Below, one piece after another: positions 19,889-27,656 of a DNA stretch of 63,851 nucleotides. A program made the translations under genes and the position numbers. The DNA comes from Patescibacteria group bacterium. Lineage in GTDB: Bacteria; Patescibacteriota; Minisyncoccia; Phycocordibacterales; Phycocordibacteraceae. A model generated the notes under the pieces. It did not search any database. It was given only the letters and a program-made list of their open reading frames with translations, and was not told the origin of the DNA. Position 1 is the stretch's first letter; the number at the start of each line of letters is the position of its first letter. Location: positions 1 to 63,851 of the forward strand of contig JACDGK010000006.1 of assembly GCA_013815345.1 (NCBI GenBank), given 5' to 3'.

Positions 19889-20053
19889 ATGGGCAAGCTC
19901 ATCGTGATACCCCAGACCGGTTCCGAACGAGTCGATCAAGCGACTCAGACAGAACTGGATAGACTTCTTCTCGATCCTCACCTTCCTCCAAGGAGCAAGA
20001 GGGATCAGCTACGCATCATGCGCGGATTATTGAATAAAAAAAGCCGGTCGTAG
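19889..20053 (+). CDS. Small hypothetical protein (54 aa, below the ORF-track cutoff)
   Basis: AAAGGAACCC-ATG; MGKLIVIPQTGSERVDQATQTELDRLLLDPHLPPRSKRDQLRIMRGLLNKKSRS*; followed by a terminator. Confidence 0.55.
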   Translation: MGKLIVIPQTGSERVDQATQTELDRLLLDPHLPPRSKRDQLRIMRGLLNKKSRS

Positions 20054-20096
20054 AGACTCCGCTGTTCATTATCGTTCTTCGTTCGGCAGCATTAAA

Positions 20097-20130
20097 AAGA
20101 GGCGCCCCTATGTTTTAGGGAGCGCCTCTT
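20097..20130. terminator. Bidirectional hairpin terminator
   Basis: AAGAGGCGC-CCCT-atgtttt-AGGG-a-GCGCCTCTT between convergent genes, with A/T-rich flanks. Confidence 0.7.
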
Positions 20131-20142
20131 CTTCTTTATAAA

Positions 20143-20574
20143 TTACGCGGCTTCTCGTTCGTCGCGTATCACCTGTTGAGCTTCTGCATCTGATTTTACG
20201 TTTCGAATGACACTTCCATCCTGACCAACCACAAGAATACTTGGGTCGCCTGAATGCATTTGTATCTCCGCTTCTAATCCTTTTTTAAGCTTTCCATCTA
20301 CTGCTTCTGTATCTGAAAAACTCTCCTCTGTGAATGGTTTTCCAGCTACTTCCGCAGCGCGCATTGCACGAATCGATCCTCCTCGTATATCAACTTCAGA
20401 AGCGTCTGGGGCAATCTTTCTCGCTTCTGCCATTACCATTTCCAATAATGTTTCGTCTGGTTTGTATTCTTTATCTCTCGATGTACCTGGATTCTCGAAT
20501 GAATTACTCATATTTTTATTCTTTATATTATTAGCCGCTTCTTTATATTCTCGCATTTCCGTTCCTAAAAACAA
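20143..20574 (-). CDS. Hypothetical protein (start uncertain: 20574, 20556 or 20511)
   Basis: Open AT-richer ORF, no recognisable motif. Confidence 0.6.
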   Translation of the reverse strand: MFLGTEMREYKEAANNIKNKNMSNSFENPGTSRDKEYKPDETLLEMVMAEARKIAPDASEVDIRGGSIRAMRAAEVAGKPFTEESFSDTEAVDGKLKKGLEAEIQMHSGDPSILVVGQDGSVIRNVKSDAEAQQVIRDEREAA

Positions 20575-20588
20575 CTAGTAGGTTGAAT

Positions 20589-21773
20589 TTACTCAAAATA
20601 TCTCTTTTTCTTCAACTTATCCGGTAAATAGCTTTCTTCGTCATATTTCTTGTACCCCTTGCCGTAGTCGAGTTCTTTCATGAGTTTTGTGGGTGCGTTG
20701 CGAATCTTCTTCGGGACTGGCAAGTTACCAAATGCCTCCACATCTGCTTGAGCTAAACCTAGTGCGTTATACGATGAGCGATCTTTCTGCGCTTTTGCTA
20801 GGTACGCCACGCCATGTGCCAAGTTTATCGAGCATTCAGGATAGCCGATCGTTTCGCATGCTCGGAAGACAGCGTTAGCTACCACCAAAGCGGTGGGCTG
20901 CGCGAGTCCAATGTCTTCAGATGCGAACACGACCATTCTTCGCGCGATAAAGAGAGGATCTTCTCCTGCTTCCACCATACGGGCAAGATAATATATGGCA
21001 GCATCTGGCTGCGATGCCCGCATGCTTTTTATAAACGCACTAATGGTGTCGTAGTGCTCCTCGCCTTTCTTGTCATATCGCAGGTGTGGAGACTCGAGCG
21101 CTTTGTTCAAGTTCGCAACAGTGACCTTCTTTCCATAAAGCGCCTGCGCACCTTCGAGAATACCGAGAGCCCGGCGTGCGTCCCCATTGGCGTACCCCAG
21201 AAGCCACGCAAAGGTATCCTCAGAGAGTTTGATGCCGGCACGCGACACAATGGCCCGCAGAGATTCTTCGGAAAGCGGCTCGAGCACGAAGACCCGCGCA
21301 CGTGAAAGGAGCGCAGGAATGACTTCAAAAGACGGATTCTCGGTAGTGGCACCAATCAACGTCAACTTTCCTGATTCCACATAGGGCAAAAGAAAGTCCT
21401 GTTGGCTTTTATTAAAACGATGGATCTCGTCCAGAAAAAGTACTTTTGGCTTATCGGGTATCAACAACTCTTGTGAGCTAAAGGGCTCTGCTTTTCTCGC
21501 AAGCCTTCCTTTCTTTTCTCCCTCAACAATAGTGCGTATGTCTTCCTTGCCTGCCGAAACTGCTGAGAGCTCGTAGAGTTCAGCATCAAGAGCGCGCGCA
21601 TAAATGCGCGCGATTGTCGTCTTCCCGGTCCCCGGAGGCCCCCAGAGAATAAAGGAAAAGAGATGTTTCTTTTCAATAGCCACGCGCAGTGGTTTGCCAG
21701 AACCGGCCAAATGCTCCTGCCCCACCACCTCTTCAATGATTGTTGGCCGTATGCGCGCAGCGAGAGGTTCCAT
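20589..21773 (-). CDS. rarA: Replication-associated recombination protein A (RarA/MgsA)
   Basis: [54 protein letters not shown]. Confidence 0.95.
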   Translation of the reverse strand: MEPLAARIRPTIIEEVVGQEHLAGSGKPLRVAIEKKHLFSFILWGPPGTGKTTIARIYARALDAELYELSAVSAGKEDIRTIVEGEKKGRLARKAEPFSSQELLIPDKPKVLFLDEIHRFNKSQQDFLLPYVESGKLTLIGATTENPSFEVIPALLSRARVFVLEPLSEESLRAIVSRAGIKLSEDTFAWLLGYANGDARRALGILEGAQALYGKKVTVANLNKALESPHLRYDKKGEEHYDTISAFIKSMRASQPDAAIYYLARMVEAGEDPLFIARRMVVFASEDIGLAQPTALVVANAVFRACETIGYPECSINLAHGVAYLAKAQKDRSSYNALGLAQADVEAFGNLPVPKKIRNAPTKLMKELDYGKGYKKYDEESYLPDKLKKKRYFE

Positions 21774-21812
21774 CACCCAAGCCTACTCCTTAGCAGCAAA
21801 GACGACTAGCTT

Positions 21813-21850
21813 TTACAATACTTTACAATTACCTTACAATGAATTACAAT
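21813..21850 (+). repeat. Four phased direct repeats TTACAAT (candidate operator)
   Basis: Copies at 21813, 21823, 21834 and 21844 (spacing 10, 11, 10 bp). Confidence 0.85.
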
Positions 21851-21856
21851 CCCTAA

Positions 21857-22909
21857 ATGAGTACTCGGTCAGAAATTATAGCGAATTTCATAACTAAACA
21901 TGGAAGTGTGACTTCAGCCGATGTCGCTGCTATGTTAAAAATGTCGCGTCAGCAAGCACATGCTATTTTGCGTGGGCAGGTACAAACCGGAGGACTTATA
22001 AAGATTGGCCACACCCGTGGTACCCGCTATGTGCGATCAGAGAGTACCCTTCCAGCCAAAGACCAGTTCAGCCTTGATCTAAAAAATCTCAACCTTAGAG
22101 AGCACGAGGTGCTTATAGAGATACGAGATCGATTTCTTCCCTTAAAACTTGCGTCTGAAAATGTGCAAAGTATTTTCGATTATACCTTTTCAGAAATGCT
22201 CAATAACGCCATCGACCATTCTGAATCCGAAAAGATTTCCGTATCAGTTTTTACCACCGGAGACGCGTCGCGTGGTGAACCTACAAGACTTTCTTTTGTT
22301 ATACGTGACTGGGGTATTGGTGTTTTTCGAAATGTTATGCGAGGACAAAAACTAAGTTCCGAACTCGAAGCAATGCAGGATCTTCTAAAAGGAAAAATTA
22401 CCACCGCCCCTGAGGCACATTCTGGTCAGGGTATATTTTTTACTTCACGTGTTGCTGACCTTTTTTCGCTTCGCAGCTATGGGTGGGAAATGAGAATCGA
22501 TAATCAACTTCCTGATATATTTTTTCTTCCTAATGAAAATGTCGTTCAGGGTACCGAGGTGCGTTTTAGTCTGACCTATCGTTCAAAAAAACATCTCATT
22601 GATGTTTTCCGTGCATTTGAATCAGAAGATGGTTTGCAGGATTTCGATCGAACCGAAGTACATGTCCGACTTTTTATCCACGGAACCATCCATGTTTCGC
22701 GTTCACAAGCACGACGGGTTCTTACGGGCCTGGAACGATTCAAAAGAATAACCCTTGATTTTGAGCGCGTGCCAACAATAGGACAAGCATTTGCTGATGA
22801 AATATTCCGGGTGTTCCAAACTCGCTATCCAGGCATTCACATTGAAATCCTCAACGCCAACGAAGCAGTGCAATTTATGATTAACCGCGTTGACCACAAA
22901 GTATCCTGA
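21857..22909 (+). CDS. wHTH + HATPase (anti-sigma-kinase-like) + STAS-like (DUF4325) fusion protein
   Basis: N-terminal wHTH (SRQQAHAILR...GHTRGTRY); GHKL boxes EMLNNAIDH, DWGIG, HSGQG; C-terminal VSRSQARR...LDF...IGQAFADEIFR. Confidence 0.8.
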   Translation: MSTRSEIIANFITKHGSVTSADVAAMLKMSRQQAHAILRGQVQTGGLIKIGHTRGTRYVRSESTLPAKDQFSLDLKNLNLREHEVLIEIRDRFLPLKLASENVQSIFDYTFSEMLNNAIDHSESEKISVSVFTTGDASRGEPTRLSFVIRDWGIGVFRNVMRGQKLSSELEAMQDLLKGKITTAPEAHSGQGIFFTSRVADLFSLRSYGWEMRIDNQLPDIFFLPNENVVQGTEVRFSLTYRSKKHLIDVFRAFESEDGLQDFDRTEVHVRLFIHGTIHVSRSQARRVLTGLERFKRITLDFERVPTIGQAFADEIFRVFQTRYPGIHIEILNANEAVQFMINRVDHKVS

Positions 22910-22925
22910 CTACCGTAGCCAAATA

Positions 22926-23267
22926 TTAATGGATGGTTCTTTCAGGTTCGTGCACTCGTACCTTGTCGAGAAGTTTCTGAAGCGCCGCTTCGTCCCTAAT
23001 ATCAATACTCTGATCTGCGGGAGCAAGAGCTGGATCAATTTTAAAAGCCCGAAAACGCCTTGAGAGAGAATCTCTCACTTCCTCGCCTTCAAGCCACTTG
23101 TCCATTGGGTCTGCTTCATTCGGGAAAGCTTGCCTTGCAAGCATCACTTGTACACGTGGATCGTTCAGGGGTAGTGGGGGTAACGACTCACGCTTCATTT
23201 TACGTACCAAATCTTCCCCGCTTTCTATATGACTTCCTTCGAGTGACATAGGTAAATCATACACCAA
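22926..23267 (-). CDS. Hypothetical protein directly downstream of tRNA-Gly (start may be ATG 23249)
   Basis: Open ORF with protein-like composition, no motif recognised. Confidence 0.55.
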   Translation of the reverse strand: MVYDLPMSLEGSHIESGEDLVRKMKRESLPPLPLNDPRVQVMLARQAFPNEADPMDKWLEGEEVRDSLSRRFRAFKIDPALAPADQSIDIRDEAALQKLLDKVRVHEPERTIH

Positions 23268-23272
23268 CGCTG

Positions 23273-23343
23273 TGCGGGATAGGAGAATCGAACTCCTGCT
23301 ATCAGTTTGGAAAACTGATGTTCTACCATTAAACTAACCCCGC
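23273..23343 (-). tRNA. tRNA-Gly(TCC)
   Basis: GCGGGGT...ATCAG-TT-TCC-AA-CTGAT...GGAGTTCGATTCTCC-TATCCCGCA cloverleaf; no encoded CCA. Confidence 0.95.
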
Positions 23344-23495
23344 GCTGAGATTTTCTTAGCGTTATCCCAGCTTAGAAAATCCACATGTGGTCGTGTCTTC
23401 ACGAGCCACCTTCGAACCGAGAATACCATACTTCATCATAGTCTGCTTTATTTCCTTCACTGTATTTTTAGGCAGAGAAAGCGTAGCATAGAGGT

Positions 23496-24656
23496 ATGCG
23501 CCCATTTGCTTGGTTCAAGAATGTCAAAAATATCGCCCTCGTTCTTGCGATAGTAGTATTCGGAGCGACGGCGGCGTATGCTTTTCTCCACTCCTCTACT
23601 CTCTCTCCACACCTCTCTTCGAACAAAGTACCGTCACCAACTCTTCCCCACACTACTCTTCTCGCAAGTCCTCAGGCTGCAACATCGAGCAGCACTCTGC
23701 CAAGCGCTACCACTACTAAGCCAGCTGTCGCTGCGAGCTCTAGCAATTCCGTCCTACAAAAGGTAGCGACTTCCACTCAAAACACGCCTTTAGCTCCCTC
23801 CAGTTCGACGGTAGCAGCGCGCCAACTTACTGCTTCAGGAGGAGCGCTTCTACACTCCCTCGTAAACATCGTTTGTCTTTCTTCCGACAGATCCATTCCT
23901 TCTATTTCGGGAACGGGGGTTATCGTCGATTCGCGCGGCATCATTCTCACCGCTGCACACGTGGCGCAATTTTTCCTCCTTCAGAATTATCTCGGATCAA
24001 ATAGAGTTGAGTGTCTTATCCGTACCGGCAGTCCTGCGCGAAGAGCTTACACAGCAGCAGCCGTGTATGTTTCACCAAGTTGGATCGCTGAGAATCCTGC
24101 GACATTACGGATGAGTAGTCCAAAAGGTACCGGACAAAATGATTTTGCTTTCCTCGCAATTACTGGCACTGCGACGTCGACTCCTCTCGCGAGCTCGTTT
24201 CCTGCCATACCGCTTTCTCAGGGTGATCCACAAGCAAATGAAGCTGTTGCAATCGGTTCGTATGGTGCGCAATATTTAACGAGCTCGGAACTAAATTATT
24301 CTCTGTATCCTATTTTAGTATTCGGCACAATTCAGAATCGTTATACATTTCAAAAAAATACCGTTGATCTTGTTTCCGTCCAAGGCAGCGCCGCCTCGCA
24401 AGAAGGCTCTTCCGGAGGAGGTATGGTCAATGCTGCGGGAGAGCTCATAGGAACGATCACCACAAGCTCTATCAGTGGTGATATAAGCACGAGGGCGCTG
24501 AACGCCATCACCATCGATCATATGCGTCGCAGCTATTTCGCTGACACCGGAAATGATCTCGACTCAACGCTTCGCACAGAAAGTCTCGCAACCCTTATTT
24601 CAAACTTTAAAGCCAAAGGCGACCTGCTTGCGGCACTTTTAGCGCAAGGTTTGTAA
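23496..24656 (+). CDS. Membrane-anchored trypsin-like (S1) serine protease
   Basis: TM helix + Ser/Thr-rich linker; catalytic triad motifs TAAHV, NDFAF, EGSSGG. Confidence 0.85.
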   Translation: MRPFAWFKNVKNIALVLAIVVFGATAAYAFLHSSTLSPHLSSNKVPSPTLPHTTLLASPQAATSSSTLPSATTTKPAVAASSSNSVLQKVATSTQNTPLAPSSSTVAARQLTASGGALLHSLVNIVCLSSDRSIPSISGTGVIVDSRGIILTAAHVAQFFLLQNYLGSNRVECLIRTGSPARRAYTAAAVYVSPSWIAENPATLRMSSPKGTGQNDFAFLAITGTATSTPLASSFPAIPLSQGDPQANEAVAIGSYGAQYLTSSELNYSLYPILVFGTIQNRYTFQKNTVDLVSVQGSAASQEGSSGGGMVNAAGELIGTITTSSISGDISTRALNAITIDHMRRSYFADTGNDLDSTLRTESLATLISNFKAKGDLLAALLAQGL

Positions 24657-24682
24657 CACAGAAGTCCTAATTATTGACGTGT

Positions 24683-25444
24683 CTATAAATTTAGTTCGAT
24701 TCCTACAGGCCGATGATCAGAGCCGTGTCTTAGTATCTCTACCCATGCCTTTTGTACCGCAAGATTCTTCGACACTAAAATGTGATCGAGTTGTGAGTTA
24801 GAAAAAGGATGAGTAATCTGGCCGCGGAGTGGATTCAGGAGACCCTTTTCTGCAAAAAGTTTTTCAGCAGCAGTACGTTCTGAGTACCATGGCAAACCCT
24901 GAGAGAATGGAGAGCCGAGTAACCAGTTACCGATTTTTAAAACAGGACGCTCGATGATGTTGAAGTCTCCGACAATAATAGTTGGAATATTTTCATCAAT
25001 TTTTTTAAATGCAGCATCAAATTCCTGCAACCGGTTCATGGGCCCGAGCAGGGTGAGATGGAGTGAAAATACGCGAACTACTCCGGCTGTAGTCATTACA
25101 TCCACATATATCCCTCTTTTTTCAATAAGTGGCAACCATCCATAAAAATACATTGAGCGCACAAAAAGTCGGGTTCGCAGTGGAGCAGAAGGAATTGGTA
25201 TCGCAAAATCTTGCGATTGTACAATAGGAAGACGAGAAAGAATTACATTTTGATACGCTGTCCCACTTTCGTCTTGCGTATCTGCAGTATAAACGACTCC
25301 AATTTCTAACGTTTTTAATTTTGTAAGAAGAGCCGAAGGAACTTCCTGCAAACCTATAACGTCAAAATCCAGTTTTTCAATAAATTCAAAAGCTTGAGCA
25401 ATTTTCTTATTGTTAAACTTTACATTCCACGAATACACTTTCAT
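24683..25444 (-). CDS. Endonuclease/exonuclease/phosphatase (EEP) family protein
   Basis: SWNV, GLQEV, VGDFN, LDHIL and GSDHRPV motifs. Confidence 0.9.
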   Translation of the reverse strand: MKVYSWNVKFNNKKIAQAFEFIEKLDFDVIGLQEVPSALLTKLKTLEIGVVYTADTQDESGTAYQNVILSRLPIVQSQDFAIPIPSAPLRTRLFVRSMYFYGWLPLIEKRGIYVDVMTTAGVVRVFSLHLTLLGPMNRLQEFDAAFKKIDENIPTIIVGDFNIIERPVLKIGNWLLGSPFSQGLPWYSERTAAEKLFAEKGLLNPLRGQITHPFSNSQLDHILVSKNLAVQKAWVEILRHGSDHRPVGIELNL

Positions 25445-25445
25445 G

Positions 25446-25516
25446 TCGGGGTGCGGAGAATCGAACTCCGTCTAACTGGTCCCAAACCAGTCGTACTACC
25501 GGTATACGACACCCCG
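25446..25516 (-). tRNA. tRNA-Pro(TGG)
   Basis: CGGGGTG...ACTGG-TT-TGG-GA-CCAGT...CGGAGTTCGATTCTCCG-CACCCCGA. Confidence 0.93.
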
Positions 25517-25618
25517 AGTTACTCTTTGCTTCGCGCAGTCAGAACGTGTCTCCTTGCTGCGTTTTAGACATACTATCAGTTTTTGTAATTTTGGCAGCTT
25601 TTCCATTTCAGTATGAAT

Positions 25619-26014
25619 TTAGAGTATTTGAGGGAGGTACCGCACATGAGCAAGTCCGTCGCCTTCTCTCAACCAGACGAGCGCACCATCGATCTGGGAT
25701 TCCCCTTCCCAGTCGTTGTTAGCCATATACCACTCGCTCGTCCTCGCAACTTTACGGATTTTTAACGCGTGAAGATTTGCCGCCGGGTCATATTCGTCAC
25801 GAAGCCCCTTAAATAACGGAAACTCTTTACACAAAATTGTTTTCACTTCCACAAAATGAAGTACTTCATTTCTTTTCGCAATAATGTCTATCTCGCCGGT
25901 TTTTCGTGCCACATTCCGATCAACAATGGTAAAACCCTTTCGTCGAAGGTATTCAGTAGCCACTCTTTCACCGAGCATCCCGATGTCCTTTCGAGTTTTT
26001 CCGACTAACTTCAT
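25619..26014 (-). CDS. YraN/UPF0102 family putative nuclease
   Basis: GMLGERVATEYL, GEIDII and LHFVEVK motifs. Confidence 0.9.
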   Translation of the reverse strand: MKLVGKTRKDIGMLGERVATEYLRRKGFTIVDRNVARKTGEIDIIAKRNEVLHFVEVKTILCKEFPLFKGLRDEYDPAANLHALKIRKVARTSEWYMANNDWEGESQIDGALVWLREGDGLAHVRYLPQIL

Positions 26015-26155
26015 GGCTTTTAATAAAATAGCCTATTTGCTTAATATTTTAATGATTAATTTATAAAATAAAGCTGAAGTTAGTGTCCTTTATCCCCACT
26101 ATACACATGTTTATCCACTTTCTGAAAAAGCTCTGTCCTAAAAAATGTTGAGCTT

Positions 26156-26968
26156 TTATGGCGTTATTTGCCGTGGGAAGTAAAAATTCCGTGAAAGCAT
26201 GGTTTTTAACCTTCTAGCCTTTTGTGGATTATGTTCGAGAACGAAGCGGCTCGTAAATGGTAGTACGTATTGACGCTCGAGCTCAAATTGAAGTTGACTA
26301 CCTGACATTTCTGCTTTATATGCTTTATCTATAAGACCTGAGAGGATTTTTCCTATACGTACCGTAATAACGTGGTCCCCCAAAATAGTGAGGTGATTGC
26401 TCCTTGGGAAATAAGGGACGTCCCGAGCATCAATTTGCAGATACTCATTCTGATACTGCCTTTTAAACTCCTTGTCTGCTGAAGACTCTCCTCCCACGGT
26501 AAAGAAGGCGTGGAGACGGGATTTTGCAAAATGCCCATAATAGGCACTTTCACTCTCCTTCCGGTCCGGCAGATACACCCAAAAGTTGTGGGGGTTGTAG
26601 AAGAAGATCTGCCCATCCCTTTCATATTCTTCAAGCTGTAAAACGATTGTTTTCCAGAAGGTATCCAAATGATTCATCGAGGTAAAAGAGTAACTCATGC
26701 GTTCCCCGGGTGAGAGCTGTGGGACCATATTTGAGACTAGCTTACTTCTCATCTCCCGTACCCACTCCTCATTGACTCGAACAACCTTACCCACCTTCAA
26801 GAGCACTCCCGCATCAATAAGATTACCCACGACCTTATAGACCGCTCGTAAGCTGAGGCTCCGATCGTCACCTACGAGCTTCTCGTGGAGTTTTTTTATC
26901 TGGTACGGAGAGGAAACGAGGAGCTGAGTAATGTGATCCTCGAGCTTTAAATCACGACTATAGAGCAT
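26156..26968 (-). CDS. Hypothetical protein with probable N-terminal winged HTH
   Basis: SLRAVYKVVGNLIDAGVLLKVGK resembles a wHTH recognition helix and wing; C-terminal domain unknown. Confidence 0.6.
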   Translation of the reverse strand: MLYSRDLKLEDHITQLLVSSPYQIKKLHEKLVGDDRSLSLRAVYKVVGNLIDAGVLLKVGKVVRVNEEWVREMRSKLVSNMVPQLSPGERMSYSFTSMNHLDTFWKTIVLQLEEYERDGQIFFYNPHNFWVYLPDRKESESAYYGHFAKSRLHAFFTVGGESSADKEFKRQYQNEYLQIDARDVPYFPRSNHLTILGDHVITVRIGKILSGLIDKAYKAEMSGSQLQFELERQYVLPFTSRFVLEHNPQKARRLKTMLSRNFYFPRQITP

Positions 26969-27097
26969 ATCAAAATAATATCAGTTTTTGAACTAAAAGT
27001 GCAAATACTATCTCAATGAGCAATAAAATGAGGCGTTTGAAAATTGTTTTTTATAATGACTTCGGATCGATTTGATTCGATGTTAAAGGAGAATCAT

Positions 27098-27304
27098 ATG
27101 TCTCCAAGTGGCTTTAGCGCCCGAGCAATCAAAGGACTACTCATCTATACGGAGGCTTGCTACGAGGAGCTTGAGCAAGAAATGCTATCGGGAAAACATG
27201 CTGACTATAAGGCAGCTATCCGGCACGAACGCTGTCAGATCCAAAAAGCGCTTGATGAGCTTCACATAAACGAGGAGGGTAAGCTAGTTAAGAGACCTAA
27301 ATAG
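27098..27304 (+). CDS. Small hypothetical protein (68 aa)
   Basis: Strong SD AAGGAG 6 nt before ATG 27098; terminator downstream. Confidence 0.7.
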   Translation: MSPSGFSARAIKGLLIYTEACYEELEQEMLSGKHADYKAAIRHERCQIQKALDELHINEEGKLVKRPK

Positions 27305-27313
27305 GCCCCGTGT

Positions 27314-27346
27314 ATCAGACAGTCTTGAGTGACTGTCTGATTTTTA
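27314..27346 (+). terminator. Rho-independent terminator
   Basis: ATCAGACAGTC-ttgagt-GACTGTCTGAT followed by TTTT. Confidence 0.75.
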
Positions 27347-27384
27347 TTTGTATATTTGAGCTGTCTAATGAAGCACGTACGCTG

Positions 27385-27455
27385 TGCGGATAGGGAGAAT
27401 CGGACTCCCGCCTCGTCCTTGGCAAGGACGCGTTCTACCACTAAACCATATCCGC
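27385..27455 (-). tRNA. tRNA-Gly(GCC)
   Basis: GCGGATA...GTCCT-TGCCA-AGGAC anticodon arm (GCC centred)...GGGAG-TCCGATT-CTCCC-TATCCGCA. Confidence 0.93.
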
Positions 27456-27525
27456 TTCGTGGAGAATCATAACATGCGGCACATTACTCTATCCAGTCTC
27501 ACCATATACGATCTCTACAATTTTG

Positions 27526-27597
27526 TGCCCCCGCCAGGACTCGAACCTGGAACGGCTGATCCGAAGTCAGCAATGATATCCATTTCACCACAGGGGC
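27526..27597 (-). tRNA. tRNA-Arg(TCG)
   Basis: GCCCCTG...GCTGA-CT-TCG-GA-TCAGC...CCAGGTTCGAGTCCTGG-CGGGGGCA. Confidence 0.93.
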
Positions 27598-27656
27598 AGC
27601 CTATAAAGATACTACGGCAGAGCTAGGAGAAAGGCTAATGCCATACTAGTATTTTA

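Noticed and set aside
21813-21850. TTACAAT repeats as a CRISPR or mini-array
   Set aside because: 7-bp units with 3-4-nt spacers and no cas genes. No CRISPR-like repeat-spacer array was seen anywhere in the window.
26111-26119. Isolated DnaA-like box TTATCCACT in AT-rich DNA
   Set aside because: A single mismatched box is expected by chance.
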